Shown here: positions 10,935 through 24,332 of the stretch, piece by piece
How the letters are laid out: each line of letters begins with the position of its first letter
Numbering within the stretch: position 1 is the first letter of the stretch
Assembly: GCF_964204645.1 (NCBI RefSeq)
Contig: NC_134033.1
Location: 9,246,655 to 9,310,654 of the forward strand
DNA length: 64,000 nt
Origin: Tubulanus polymorphus
Taxonomy: Eukaryota; Animalia; Nemertea
Direction: 5' to 3'
Notes under the pieces: generated by a model
Told to the model about the DNA's origin: nothing
The model's input: only the letters and a program-made list of their open reading frames with translations
The model's database searches: none
Made by a program: the position numbers and the translations under genes

Positions 10935-11299
10935 AATAACACTGAAGTTAAATTGAATTGAATATATTTTGGCCTTTACGGCTTCCCATAGCCACTCTCC
11001 TAGGAGCGCCACTGCATATGAACTTTGAACTAAAATGGTTGGCAGCCGCTCAAAATATACGCACATTTCGCGAAACAATAGGATATTTCTCAGGCCTACG
11101 GATGCGATTAGGTAAGTCTATAGCACCCTAAGAATGATAATAACACACTGATTATAAATCAGTTGCTCGATACTTACCTCAAATGATCATTTAGTCGTTG
11201 ATGAAGATTTAATCGTCTTTTACAAGGTGAATGTTAAGCGCCATCTAGTGGTCATTGGCAACCCCGAGAAAAATGGCGTTAGAGATAACAAAATTCTCT
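10935..11299 (-). repeat. Right TIR of the ISL2EU element
   Basis: Reverse complement of 4696-5061. Confidence 0.95.
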
Positions 11300-14200
11300 A
11301 TTCAGAATGGCAGCGTGACAGCGCCGTCGAAACCCACCGGTCGTCAATCAGCAATTTGGACTGGTGGTGGTTGGAAACAACAATTCATAAAATACTACTA
11401 TACAACTACTGACATACTGAACCATGCAGCAGAGGCCATTTGTTTGTTCACTCGAGGCGATTGATTGATTGTTCTTAATGTGACATTGGACATCAGCAGT
11501 TGATCCAGTGAAAATAATGACATAAAAAAGGTAACTTCACCTACTTACTTACTGCGTAAAAATGTGAACATTGAATATGAGTGCTATTTCACAAACACTA
11601 TATTGATTATCTACTGTAGATTATTGTGAGCGTGTTAGTGATGATTTTGTGAGTCACAACTCGTAGGATGTTTTAAGAAATTAAAGTAATGCGTATCAAA
11701 TTAGCTCAACATGAAAAGAATAGATTGCAATGCGTCAAGGTAAGTTTGAAAAATGGATTCTGAACCATTAATTGTAAAGTCAATCCAGGTTTAATTGTAA
11801 GTGTGATATGTATCTTAATTTCAGAATGATAACATCATGCAGTAATCAAAGAGAATAAAGAATCAGCATTAGCTGTCATGAAATGAGATTCCAAATAACA
11901 GGCGGTGAAACTCCTTGATTTTGATAAACTCATCATCATCAGTTACATCAGCAAGCGCCGCTGCACCAAGATGTTGTGTACTTTATTTCTCCACTGCTCA
12001 CGATCTGATAAACTGATGAGGTTTAAAGAGCTGGATTCTGTGAATAACTGCACTAGCGAGCCTTCAATTTGAATTGTGATTGGATTATCTGTCTGGTCGA
12101 GACATGGTTTTGATGATTCTATAGACACTGTAAAATTGTAAACTTTATTCAGTTACTAAATAAAGTCATTTTACAACACTTTTAAAACATCAATTCACTA
12201 AATACATCTCACGAACGGTAGATGTAGAAATGATGTCCCCTGTTCCTTCAGAATGTTCTGTATTCAGTGACGGTCGCGGCAGATCTCACCTCGCATTAGA
12301 TTTCGATCCTTGTTAGTTTATATTCCGAGTACCAGGTACATTATCAGCGGATTTATCTGATACTTAAGCAATTAATGTCTCCGTCCATTGTAAAGGGCAA
12401 TTTTGATATCGCTCGAAGCTAAGCAGATTCGAAGAGACGCCATCTTAACCAGGAAGTAACTTGCTACTTTACATGTTTGACCTTATTTGACGTGCATCGA
12501 AAATGTAAAATGGAGGATGGGCACAACCGGTCTCTAAATGCGGTAGTGCGCGGTGTCTATTGTACGGAGACGCATCGGGGTCATTCACAAATATAATCAA
12601 AGAAGCCGAAACTTTGATCTGTTGAAACAAAATGTCAACATTGCGACTGAAATATTATGAAATAGAATTTAACCTTGATCTCGATTGATTCGAATTTAAA
12701 ATAGAAATCCACCATTCGGCGAATTCTGTCCACACTTGAATTTTAAAAATGTTCCTAATAGGCTACCATATTTCTTGGATCCAAGAAACGATAGTTCATA
12801 GGTCGAGCCACGTTATTCGAGAGTTAGGCGCGAGTCAGACCCCTACGTTTAGACAGGCCTGGAAGTCAATCTAGACGTTTTTCCAGCTAAAATTATGTGA
12901 AAATGTTTGAACAACACCCAACACCCTTTATAGTTCTAGCAGTCCGGGTCTATTTTGATTTCACAGAAGCGCATGTATTCAAAAAGAATGGCAATTTGCT
13001 TCGATTTTGGTATATTTTCGATTATTTCACAAAAACACGAGTCCAGAATTCTATGAAATTTACAGATTGTAAAATAGATACTATATGACACCTCCGATAA
13101 AAAAATCAGATCTCAGGACCATCTAGATAAAAATTGTGCCACCCGTTTTACTGAAAATTTTCGCGATAGGCAAATGCCTCGGAAGCCCAGGGTAGCTACG
13201 TAAAAAATCCTTAAGTCGACGATCAGGAACCAACGACGAGAAAACGTTCTTAAAACTTCAAACCGTAAATTTCACTTTATTTTCTTCGATATATCGGAGA
13301 GACGAGGCTGGACATCCAACCCGCTCAAAAGCTACAACTCGAATCTCTGTTTTCTTTCAACAAATTTTCCACCAGGATACTATTACATAAGACACCAAGG
13401 GTGGCAGAGACCAGAAGGCAGTTATCAAAACAATACAACCTGACTGACACTTCAAGTACATTTCTAAAACAAACAAACAGTCCGACACTCCAAAACTGAT
13501 TGCCATCCTGCCCCCTTAGTAACATCGATGAAAATAAGACAATATTTGTAAAATAAGAAATAGAATTCATAACTAGACCTAAAAATGCTCTGTTAATTTA
13601 GACTAAATTTAGTTAAATATCTACGGTGTTATAGAATAATGAAATGTAGGCTGATAGTAAAACACACGGATATTGGTATTGATATTAGACCTATATGATA
13701 ACAAATGAATAATCAATCATTACGCCCCGGTTAACAATTTCCGAGACACCCTGTACATATATGTATAGAAAGAATCGGATTGCTTTGGTTTCAATAATCT
13801 GCGACAATAACTTCATACAATTTTGGTCTGGTGCGTATGGCATTGAATACACGCAATAAATAACTGTTGTTTTTTTCTGGCGGTGAACTGTTTTTATGAC
13901 AGATTAACTTCCGTTTTGCAATAGATATCAGTTATGCGATATCTGAGTAAATACCATTTTGTATTTGATTGATAACTATATATGGATATAAGAATGATGA
14001 TATTTCATTGTTTTACCCTTGTTTCCGCTGCCATTCCATTCCAATTAGTGCAACATGTAAGTACGCACAAAATATTTTAAAATGTTCATAATTTACAATC
14101 AGAGTGCCAGATCACGTCGTTAATATAATATCATACCTCTGTTAATATTATTTGGATGAACCTACAATATTTTAAATGAAAACATGAAGGTTTCCACAAG

Positions 14201-14764
14201 CCAACTGCTCCGTTCAATAGAATTGTGCTGGCTAGGCGCCAAACCCAAATACATATTTTATAAACGTACTGCATCGTTTGGTGAGGGTTTAGAGTTGTAA
14301 GCGGTAACAGCAGTAGCGAATAGCCAGTGAACTGTCTACGAGGATACACTGTGGCCAAGGAAAACGGAAAGAAGATTTTTTCCGAATCTTCAGCAATCGG
14401 GTGTCCCAGTTTATGTTCATCATACTTCAGTGGTTTAGACCCTCATGGACCGGGCAACAGATATCAAGTTGATGGGCCCAGAACCCGAATTTACGAGATG
14501 TTTTGCACAAGTGAAACCTTAGATAATATTTCCTGGCTGAACAGTCTTTTTCTAGATTTTCGAACACTCAGACTGGTTGTGTCACTCGTCAGCAATATTA
14601 TTTTGACGAAAAGAAATCTAAATGTTTTGTGGGAAAATTGGATTTTACAATGGAAAGGAACATATTAATCAGTTTTTTTGCGCCGATTATTTTACCGAGT
14701 GTCATTGCTACGAGTGTAACGCATTTAGAACAAGCTCATGTTTAACTGCTGGTCAAGTGGACTA

Positions 14765-14838
14765 GTTCGATTGGCCTACTGGTTAGCACGCTTGCTTTCT
14801 ACGTATGAGACATGGGCTCGATCCCCGGTGAGTGCGCG
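14765..14838 (+). mobile_element. tRNA-derived SINE head or tRNA pseudogene remnant
   Basis: A-box-like TGGCCTACTGG and B-box-like GGCTCGATCCC at tRNA-like spacing; no convincing cloverleaf. Confidence 0.5.
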
Positions 14839-14945
14839 TTATTTCATTGTCACATCTCATAGACGTTACAAAAAGTAGCCTAAGATATTTAACTGTGTTG
14901 GCGTATACTGTGATATACTAATGATCAAAAACTAACATAAGTAAA

Positions 14946-15350
14946 ACCGTAGTTCACAAAGGGTGATATGTCAAAAAAATTTCAACTAATTTCAGTACTT
15001 GCTTCATTTTTGAAAATACTTGAGATATTGGTGTATAACACACGTATTTGATTTTCACGCCTGATTAACTTTGGGTATATGTTTGAAAAATAAAGTTTTC
15101 CGGCAGTGCTGTTCTGTTCTGTATAGAGAAACTACGCTGTTTATTCGTTCTCTCGTTTTTGCGGGTCTATTTCGTCTGCACACCAGGGAATCTACCACAA
15201 AAACTTACAAAATTATAACCGTAGTTCACACATGGTGATATGTCAAAAAATTAATAATCAATTTCAGCACTTGCTTCTTTTTTTTAAAATACTTGGGATA
15301 TTGGTGTATAACTATCATTACTGCTATTACCACTAACACGTATTTGATTC
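14946..15350 (+). repeat. Local direct duplication (~110-130 bp; 14946-15052 and 15218-15349)
   Basis: ACCGTAGTTCACA...GGTGATATGTCAAAAAA...GATATTGGTGTATAAC...ACACGTATTTGATT occurs twice. Confidence 0.8.
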
Positions 15351-16849
15351 TGTAACTAGCATTGCATTATCATACTAGTTTGGTTTCTTCAGCAAACACT
15401 CAATGTGCCCGTATGATAAAGGTTCCACATGCAATTTGAATAATAGATTAGTTACTTAAGGTGTTCTCCATGGTTTAATATGACATTTGTGACCGTTAGA
15501 CTTCCAGGATTAGGGAATGCGAGCAACGGTATTACATTTCTTGCGAGTGATTTTATTTCGTCAAACTTTCAGACAAAATTTTCTCAAATCAAACTGCACT
15601 GACAAAATGACGCAATCATATTGTGTGGGTTTCTAAGAGTGTAGAATATACGTGATTTACAGTCCCCACCTAATGTGACCTTGTAGAAATTGTTCATCAG
15701 TCATTCACAAAACCGTGGGTCAAAGCTAATACAATGTTCGCGAATGATTTATTTTCGTCATATAGTTTGACCAAATTTCGTCATTTTTTTGCGTTGACGA
15801 ATCAATGAATTAATCATCAGAATCACCTAGAAAAGCTAACGTGACATGCATATTGCATATTGCAGAGTCCTAATTGTTTCGAACAATCTTACTTTATAAT
15901 TCTTCGAATCGATAACTAAGGCTCAAAGAGACTTTTTCTTTTTTAGATGAATGAAAACAAATTGTTTGAAGTGAACTGGTGGCCCACCCGTTAGCCTTTG
16001 ATCTTTTTTAAAGTAAATACTATGATAGAAAAAAATGACACTTTAATAAAACATTTTCATTTACCGGGTATATTTTACTTCAATTTATGTATGGAATAGT
16101 TGTAATAAGACACTGGCTTGTGGTTAGCGGTGCCATCACACGTCACGTGATGTTGGAACTAGCCGTGGTTCACAGCCCAGAGCTTTGTCAACCAATTGTT
16201 TTCAAACTTTTGAACCCTATTGAAAATTTGTACGATTATAAGTTAAGCAGAGACACTAGGGGGCCAACGAAAAAAATCGTAAATAGCCCTGAGGCCGCAG
16301 TTATCTACCTATGTTTTTCAAACTTTGTACACAAGTACGGTATCACGTATTCGATTCAAAGTATGACCACCAGGGGCAACATAAAAGACAACGTTAACAG
16401 CTAGAAGCTGCAACTGCCATTTCTATCAAACTTAATGGTACCGCTACACTAAAGTAGGAAATCCGTTGGGTCGATCAAATTATGGCCACCAGGCAGCATA
16501 ATGAGTAAAGTGTGAGGTTCTATAGGATTGTAGGACTATTGATATGTTATGATGTCACCGACATAAGGTGTAAATTGCTCTTAGTTATATTCTCTCAGTA
16601 ATTTTTAGTGTGAAAAAGAGGATAATAATAATAATAGTAATATTTCATTATGAATATGTTCCTTCATGGTAATCTAAAACTTCACTAGTTCAAGAATGTA
16701 TCTTATTCAAAAAGGCTGTATTGCTGCTTGTCCTTTGGTGACAGCGGACTGCTTTCTAGCGACCATCCGAAACCAAATCTTCTCTTTTAAGCAACGACGA
16801 AATCTAATCGTACAATCAATTCAAATTTCAGATTTCACGACCTATAAAC

Positions 16850-19465
16850 ATGAATAAATTCCTGGTCGTTGCTGTTTTGATATACTCAGTACAAGTAAAT
16901 ATATTTTATATTCGCGTTTCAATCAAAATTCCTATGGTCATTTATATTGCAGCGTTTTCTATTTGTTTTTTTTTCAGGCATCTGTCGAGGTACCTTATCG
17001 GTTTGATGATTATGACCAAGGTATATGAATAGGTTTTAAAATATTGCTACCGTTCGGGGGAGAGATGATGATACTTCACGTCCAGAGTTATTTCTATTGA
17101 GGGTTTAACAATTCGATGTGTCACCTTCCAAAAATAACTCGGTTCGTCACTGATTGTAAAATTGGTAATAGGAAAGATAGTAAATTATGGCATTTTTAAT
17201 TAATCAAAGAAAAGATGTTGACTATCATTCGGTATTTGTAAAACAGTTTGATAATCGAATTGCTATTACCCAGTGGCATGTGAGATGGGGTGGTGGACTC
17301 GATACATCACGCCCGGGCATCATGCAAGTAGACGTTTTGATTAAGCTGAAAAAAATTGTTTGGTAATGGGTTACGTCGGCACGTTGCATCGCACGTTTCT
17401 CAAATGTACCCTCCAGGGTAGAAGGCATCTTCATGCGAACATGTCTCGGATGCTAAATGACGAATCCCATTTCTTTTGGAAAAACTTGTTCTCTGACGAA
17501 TGCCTGGTACCAATATGGAGGATATTAGCACCGTAATTGCGGCAAGCGCGGATTTTATGAGGACCAACTAGGTTTGCTAGTTGTGACTCGTTAACTGCGC
17601 TTTTCTTTTATTTCAATGGAATAATTTTTATATAAAATTCAATCAGCTCCAATGATGTTACATAGTACACTCCAAAAGAAACCATAGTATCATCGGCATC
17701 TTCATGTAAGTGTGTTTTATCCCGCCGGCTCACGGACCTGTATGCGCTGAATCTTTTTTCCCAGAAATTTTAAGAGAAGCTTATCCCAAATATATGGACT
17801 TCATTACGAAAGCAACAGATGGTTGCGTAACCTTCAAAGAAATAGATGACAAAGATGTGTTTCACATTGGAATCGTACATGGCGAGGTGTAAGTAAACTT
17901 TTTAACGATGTTATGAAAAACCCAAGCGTGCCAATTTCGCATTGGGTTAAGGATATTGAAAAAAATTCAAGCACTGCGAGATATAGTTCATGTAATATAT
18001 TTTCGTTGCTTTAAGTGATCGGACTCATGGCCACTGTGTATGGCTTAGCGGTTGGGACGTTCGACATTAAAGGTTGCTGTAGTCGGTAACAAATCTGTGG
18101 TTTAGTTTAACGATAGGACATTTCACAAACCAAAGCCAGGAATAGGGAGGTCATTTTTCAATTTGTGGGAGGGTTATATTGTCAAAATACACTCCCCGTT
18201 CAATATGATTTACACAGTACAATCGTGTTTTGTAGCACAGACGGCAGGAACGAATACCGATATCAATCGTTTCCCTCGTCGCATTGAGTTGAATGCAGAA
18301 TAAAATCAAATTGGATTTGATGTTATTATGTTCAAAGAAATAAAATGAATTGGATTTGATTTTTTGCGGAATTTAATTTGACTGAATATGCAATTCGAGC
18401 ACACGGCTAATTAGCATATCAAGGTCATCCATCCGATATGAGAAAAAAGTTATTTTACCGACCTTAGTTTGTGCATATGTCAAGATCGTGTCACAAGTAT
18501 GCGATACAGAGAAAATTGCGGCGTCGGAATCTAAGGAGAAATTGCTAAAATTCTCAATTATGATTGATCGCTCAAAGCATTCATGAAATTTGACTATTCA
18601 TGAAACTGTCCCCCGGCTGTGAACCCTTATTGGCATATACCACCACCCAAGATTCTTATGAACTTCTCGAAATCCTTGACAAATTATGTTGTTGAATCAT
18701 ATCGTAAAATTCAACTTGGGAGATCGTCACCTAGTGAGTTTTTTTACGGATATCCATACAAAAACTCCATCGATGGAATATTTACCGATGGATTTTTACC
18801 AGCTTGACCCGTCAAGGGATTCGAACCCACTACGCTAAAGCTGTTCGCCGAACCCCTTGACCTCACGAGTCGTTTGAGTCGCTACTAGCCGACCAGAATC
18901 CGGTCGTACCAATCACAGCGCTTGTAACAAACGAATTTGGGCTTCTATTGATGGACCAATCAGCGAACGTTTTACTGAACAAGGAAGTATTTCGCAAATC
19001 GATATATGACGTCATGCACAACAGCGCCAGTAATGAAATCACGCTTCGTGAGGCCAGGGGGCTGGTGGAAGCGAGTTCGGGAGTGATACCGGACCCCTGG
19101 CAAGCGAGGATGGATTTGTACCTACATACGAGCAAAAGTATCTAATCTAATTGTTGTCTCTATTTGTAGTTGTTTTGGCTTGAATAAAGGACACTACAAT
19201 ACCATTGGTTTCAATACATTTTGCAATGTGGGTCGGAATATTTATGCATTACTTAAGTATGGTGTGAGAGTGGAAGGACTTCCTGATTATTGGAAAGATC
19301 GAGATTTACTTATGCAAGGAATTCTTTCTTCTAATGAGTGTAAGTTCTTTTTGGTTGAATATTTTACCTAGCGTATATTCTTAACTTTAACAGCAAACTG
19401 AATTTGCATTTTCAGGGTCGATTCCAGCCGAATATATGTCTTTGTTAAAGCAACAGTACTGTTAG
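16850..19465 (+). CDS. Secreted 143-aa astacin-like protein, predicted non-catalytic; exons 16850-16894, 16978-17020, 17765-17888, 19170-19339, 19416-19465
   Basis: All introns GT-AG with matching phases; 432 nt give MNKFLVVAVLIYSVQASVEVPYRFDDYDQEILREAYPKYMDFITKATDGCVTFKEIDDKDVFHIGIVHGEVCFGLNKGHYNTIGFNTFCNVGRNIYALLKYGVRVEGLPDYWKDRDLLMQGILSSNEWSIPAEYMSLLKQQYC*; VPY, T.GC..F, G.C, DRD and terminal YC align with astacin landmarks. Confidence 0.72.
18170..18390. repeat. Dispersed repeat with a diverged inverted copy at ~21150-21440
   Basis: GGGTTATATTGTCAAAATACACTCCCCG is the near reverse complement of CGGGGAGTGTATTTCGACAAATATAACCC; adjacent blocks are collinear. Confidence 0.7.
18800..19112 (-). 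mobile_element. MULE-like non-autonomous element, family A copy 2, in intron 3 of the astacin-like gene
   Basis: Reverse complement of 3344-3670; 9-bp TSD GATTTTTAC/GATTTGTAC. Confidence 0.8.
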
Positions 19466-22400
19466 TGCTTGATTCTCTAATTGATGGTCGATTAAATTCA
19501 TAACGTAAACAAGTATTACCACTTCTGATTTATGTAGACGACTTACGGATTTGTCAGTTTATCAACAACATATTAAAGCTAGAACAGCTCGATTTTTGGA
19601 TCTTAAACTTAGCATAGTTATCAAATTTGACAAAATCAATCGTGAGACACTGATACGAAAATTGATATAAATGAGTTTATTCAGCATTAATTATCAAATT
19701 GTTATTGATGAAGGAAACAAAACAAATTGATTATAAGTGGTTTTTTCTGTAAAAGAAGACTATCATCGTTGTTTGAAATACGATTGGGCAGCAGCAGCAG
19801 CTTGATTATCATCCTTTGTTAGGTTCTTCAAAGTTGATACCTTGTTTCTCATCGAATCGCGAAGCCGCCCGCGCCACTCCCGAAAGCCAAAATAAAAAGA
19901 AAATAATTAAGTCCGAAACCCACATCAGATTGCTTACGGTCGTCTCTTTTTTTGAAATAAAAGACCCCACGCACGCGTTATAAAGCCATCTTTTTTCATG
20001 CATTGTCCTTTTTATCGATAATCAGTATTGAGTACCAGTACGGTACTGCACTGATTGAACAAGTAATAGGGGAAATAAAAATAATCGAGTAAAAGATACC
20101 TTCAGTAAGTTGTGTTCTTGTGTTCTAATAAAACAGTCGATCTAGAGAAAAATTAGTGCAGTGTTCTTTGGTCTATTCATAGTTTAGGCATGATAAAAAG
20201 GATGGCATTCCCAGCCATTCACAACATGATTGGACATGTGATCTTGGAGATTGCCATTTTATACTGTATTTGTTTGAAATTTTTTAGTTTAGATGTTTTA
20301 CTAACGGATCAATAAGTAGATATCCAAATGGGTCCACGTATCCCTGTACCTCATGGACATCTAGGCGCTCCTACAAATTAACTCCGTAAGTCATGAACTG
20401 AAAAGACGGATTTCGATTGAATTTGTGTACGCTTCTTAGTACGACATTCAAATCAGCAAGAAAAGTCAGTCCCTGAAAAAGTCGTCGTGGATATTCGTGT
20501 CTTAAAAACCCATAACGGCCTGCTTTACGGTACCTTTTTACACTGGAAAAGTTGGTACCGGTAAAGTTCCAGGTTGATTTTCAAAGAATAAATTGAAGCT
20601 CAGCCACGAGTGAAGGAATTAGCGTGATTATTAGGCCAGCCGTAAGGCTGGGTCTTTTACTATACATGTCAAATGGAACGAATTTAAATGACGTGGTTTC
20701 CAGAGATGATGGCCCATTGACTGTGCAACCGAGCATACATACATTCATTAAAGCATTATCCATTCTCCAAATCATAGGGAGCTGAATTTTGAAAAAGAGC
20801 CTCGTTGAAATTTACATGAACGTTTTCCCAAAAATCTGAACACAAAATATCCGTTTTAAAAGGCCAATCAGAAAGCAAAGACTCCTCTATGATTGGCTTA
20901 ACCGCAGAAATCAGCAGGGTTCACATGAACCCGCGGTATCGTCAACTGTTTTACTTCCGAGTTTTATTTTATTTATTTAGAATTTTATTTCAAGATCGAT
21001 TTCTGGGAAATCTTGAGTTGATTTGGCTTTTGAGAGGAATATTTTTATTTGCACTACAGAAAATATCATTGACAATAATGCAAAGTCCGGGAAAAGGAGC
21101 TTTCCTCAAATCGGATGGATGACGTTGATATACTAATCCCCCATGTGCTGGAATTGCAAATTCAATCAAATTTCATTCTGCAAAAATATCAAATCAAATT
21201 TGATTTTGCTTAGTTAAACAAATGAAACATCAAATCCAATTCAATTTTGTTCTATTGAACAAATTTCAGAAAAAAAATCCAATTCTATTTCGCATTCAAA
21301 TCAATATGAGCAAGGGAAAAGTTTGATCTGAGGTCGTTCCTAACCAGCTCCCAGTCTGTGATACTTATGAAAACACGATGGTTATACTGTGTAAATAATA
21401 TTGACTCTGAGCGGGGAGTGTATTTCGACAAATATAACCCACAGAATGCATCATTTGCCATTTATGAAAAGCCGACAGGCTGGCCATAGTGCCCCTTGGG
21501 GCCGGCTCTTGTTGTGATATTAGGAAAATGGCCTAGGAAAAAATGTGGCAAGGGGCGCTACATATACTTAATAATCGTCTTCACATTCACTACTGATTCT
21601 GCATCAGGTTAACACGGCTCCTTCAAAGCCTTTTATATATGTTTATTTATGTGTACCTATGTATGTGTTCATAAAATAAATGCCTATGTTTACTGTATCC
21701 GTCTTGCATAATATATTAACTAATTACTCATGCTCGTCCAACTATTCGATTCCTTTAAAAAAGCTAGATACAGAGATCGCGATTGACAAAAATAGTTTTG
21801 TTTCTATCGATTCTAGCCTAAAAACAATTCTAAACGTGTATGTATGTATTACAAGGATATAACTCTATGGAATACAATTAATTAGTTTTTTTATTTAAGT
21901 GAAGGATTTCGAGTGGTGGTTATTGAACGGGTACCACCTGTTAAACTCTGAACATACAGGCGCCCTTATATCTCTGTCTACAGGCAGGATTAGAATGAAT
22001 ATTAGATTTTCGAAGAGGATTAAAATCATATAACTAGTGAATGGATTAAATTGCATAATTATGTGAATAGTTTATTAGGTTAGTATACATTAATCACCTT
22101 TAATCTTTCGGCAAATAATTCACAAGGCCTAACCTTCGTTTCAATATCAATTCGGCATTTTCCCGGTGCTGGCGGTAAATTAGATTTGGCTTGAAATGAA
22201 GCCGTAAAAATACCCTTTTCTTCAAGAAACATATGTAATATCGTAATTTTATAATCATAATTTGATCATTTTGGATGCATGGTATGCTTTATAGGGAGAA
22301 TCATAGAAGCTATGCAGATCAATACAAAATTCTAAATATGATATTTACTATACAATAATATCATAATATATTCTGAAATATCATCTCAGATTAATTCAGA

Positions 22401-24224
22401 TACTGCGAAAAAGACAGGTTTAAAATTTGTGTCGGGTTATTTCTTACTTCTGTATCAATTCATTACTGAAGAAAATTTATAATTCGATTAATGAAGGGAA
22501 GTGACAATTTTCATTATCCTGTTGGATGAAGTTAGTTAATCAAGGGTTTGAAAGCTTCTCTAAGAATTCACAACGTTAAAGGTCGAGGATGAAAATATTT
22601 GATTGAATGCTTAAAACATATACCGTGTTTATTATGACCGGTCATTAAAATAAGTGAGAAAAGTGAGGCCAAATCAACTAGCAAAAAAATTAAAAACAAA
22701 TTGCGGCTGCTGGGTCAGATCTTTGACTTTTTTTTCTTTTTTGAAGAATACAACCGGGTAGGTGTAGAATTTACTGATCAATATTTATTTTTATTTCGGA
22801 CATTTTTATGATATGTCTGTACCGTATCTGACCGTTTTAGCTGCTTTGACTGCTAGGTCTGACAGCACAACACCGATGCACCACATGCCAGTGCCCTTTT
22901 ACACGAGCTAAATGGGAGAAGCGTGGATAAAAAATATTATTTTTTATTAGTTTGCATCATTGGTTTTTATTTTTTAAATAGAAAAGAAAGATTAGCTACC
23001 GATTTATGTGAACAATTTCACATTTTTGAAGGAGAAACATGATATCTTTATAAGCCTGATCGTCTATCTATTCTAAGCGTAATAGGTGGCACCAACATCA
23101 CACTTTCATTTGTTACCCCCGGGCTGTTACCAGAATTTCTCTCAGGGGTTTAATGATGGGCTTGTGTTTTTGATGGTTGCTTGGATTGATGACCTGTGTG
23201 TTGCTTAGATCTGTAATGAATAAAAATAGAGGTTTCTTCAATGAAAGTAAATCAAACAATCAAATCAAACAAGACCCCCGGTGTACTTAGATTTTATCCC
23301 AAAAGTTGGGACAGTCACGTGATTATTGATATGCTTGTCAGGATGCCATTAAGTTTAATGCTTTGCAAGTTGGAAAAATATAGTATGCTCATGTATCCTC
23401 AGGTCAACTCAAAGCACGTGCAAGACAGCATAAATCGAATTTAAAATTGATAACTTGTATGTCAGGCAACAGTGTGAAATAAAATGGGCTTGGAAATTTG
23501 CTGGGCGACGATTGTTGCAGATATCATCTGACCCTTATGCCTAGCCGTACTGGAGATCATTGCATTTAAAACAACAAGATATGAACTACGGGGGTCCCCT
23601 ATCAGCGCAAATGACTTCTTCATCCAGAATTCCGACTGGCTACTTTCGTTCAAAATATCCACAACGTAGCCCGCGCGCATTTACGATTAATTCCCACGGA
23701 AAAATCGCATACAAAAAGACCAAACATGTTTGATGTGATGCTTATAATTTGATGATTAAATCGAATCAGATGTCACAGCGTACCTTTACGATAATACCAT
23801 AAACCTAGATTTCGTATGTGATAAACGGGGATCATATGATGAATCGCAAAGGCGCGCGGTGGGCCTTGGATGCAGGAAAATTGTCGGAATCGGAAAAAAA
23901 AATTAATGACTGAAAAATTAATGCTGGGCGCAGTACGCAGAGCACCCCTGCTGGATACGCACCTGATTTGGATGACTTAACTCAAAAGGAACAGTTCAGA
24001 GAGTTTAATAGGACAAATAATATCGAATTTGAACGACTTTGAAAGAGGGGTGATTTTGCTTGCTCTCGCGCGAAGCTTTTCTCCCTCCCGCTGTCCCAGC
24101 TACTGGAGAGGACCCAATTGAGCATCAGCGGCAAAGCCTACGTTACGGCACCTCATATCATGCGGCAGCCATCGACTAGTATATTGTGTCGCATAGATGT
24201 CGCATAGATGTCGCAACTAGTAGC

Positions 24225-24332
24225 ACATGCTGTGCAGTCATATTTTTCGTCTCTATCAGTTGCAAATTGCACGTGCGTCATGCTGTACAGTCATATTTTT
24301 CGTCTCTATCAGTTGCAAATGGCAAGTGCGTA
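24225..24332 (+). repeat. Tandem duplication of a ~53-bp unit
   Basis: CATGCTGTRCAGTCATATTTTTCGTCTCTATCAGTTGCAAAT occurs twice. Confidence 0.85.

Larger units (their letters stand above)
4696..11299. mobile_element. ISL2EU-type (PIF/Harbinger-related) DNA transposon, full length but decayed
   Basis: ~365-bp TIRs (4696-5061 and 10935-11299) starting AGAG; AT TSD (4694-4695 and 11300-11301); divergent THAP-DDE transposase and YqaJ exonuclease genes, the known ISL2EU gene set. Confidence 0.92.

Noticed and set aside
17647-17705. Candidate extra exon of the astacin-like gene (GTAAGT donor)
   Set aside because: The frames tested give stops or phase mismatches; exon 2 joins 17765 directly and aligns better with astacins
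18619-18807. ORF with FYGYPYKNSI resembling the astacin Met-turn region
   Set aside because: Out of order (before the zinc-motif-equivalent exon), no clear splice sites, runs into a MITE; probably chance
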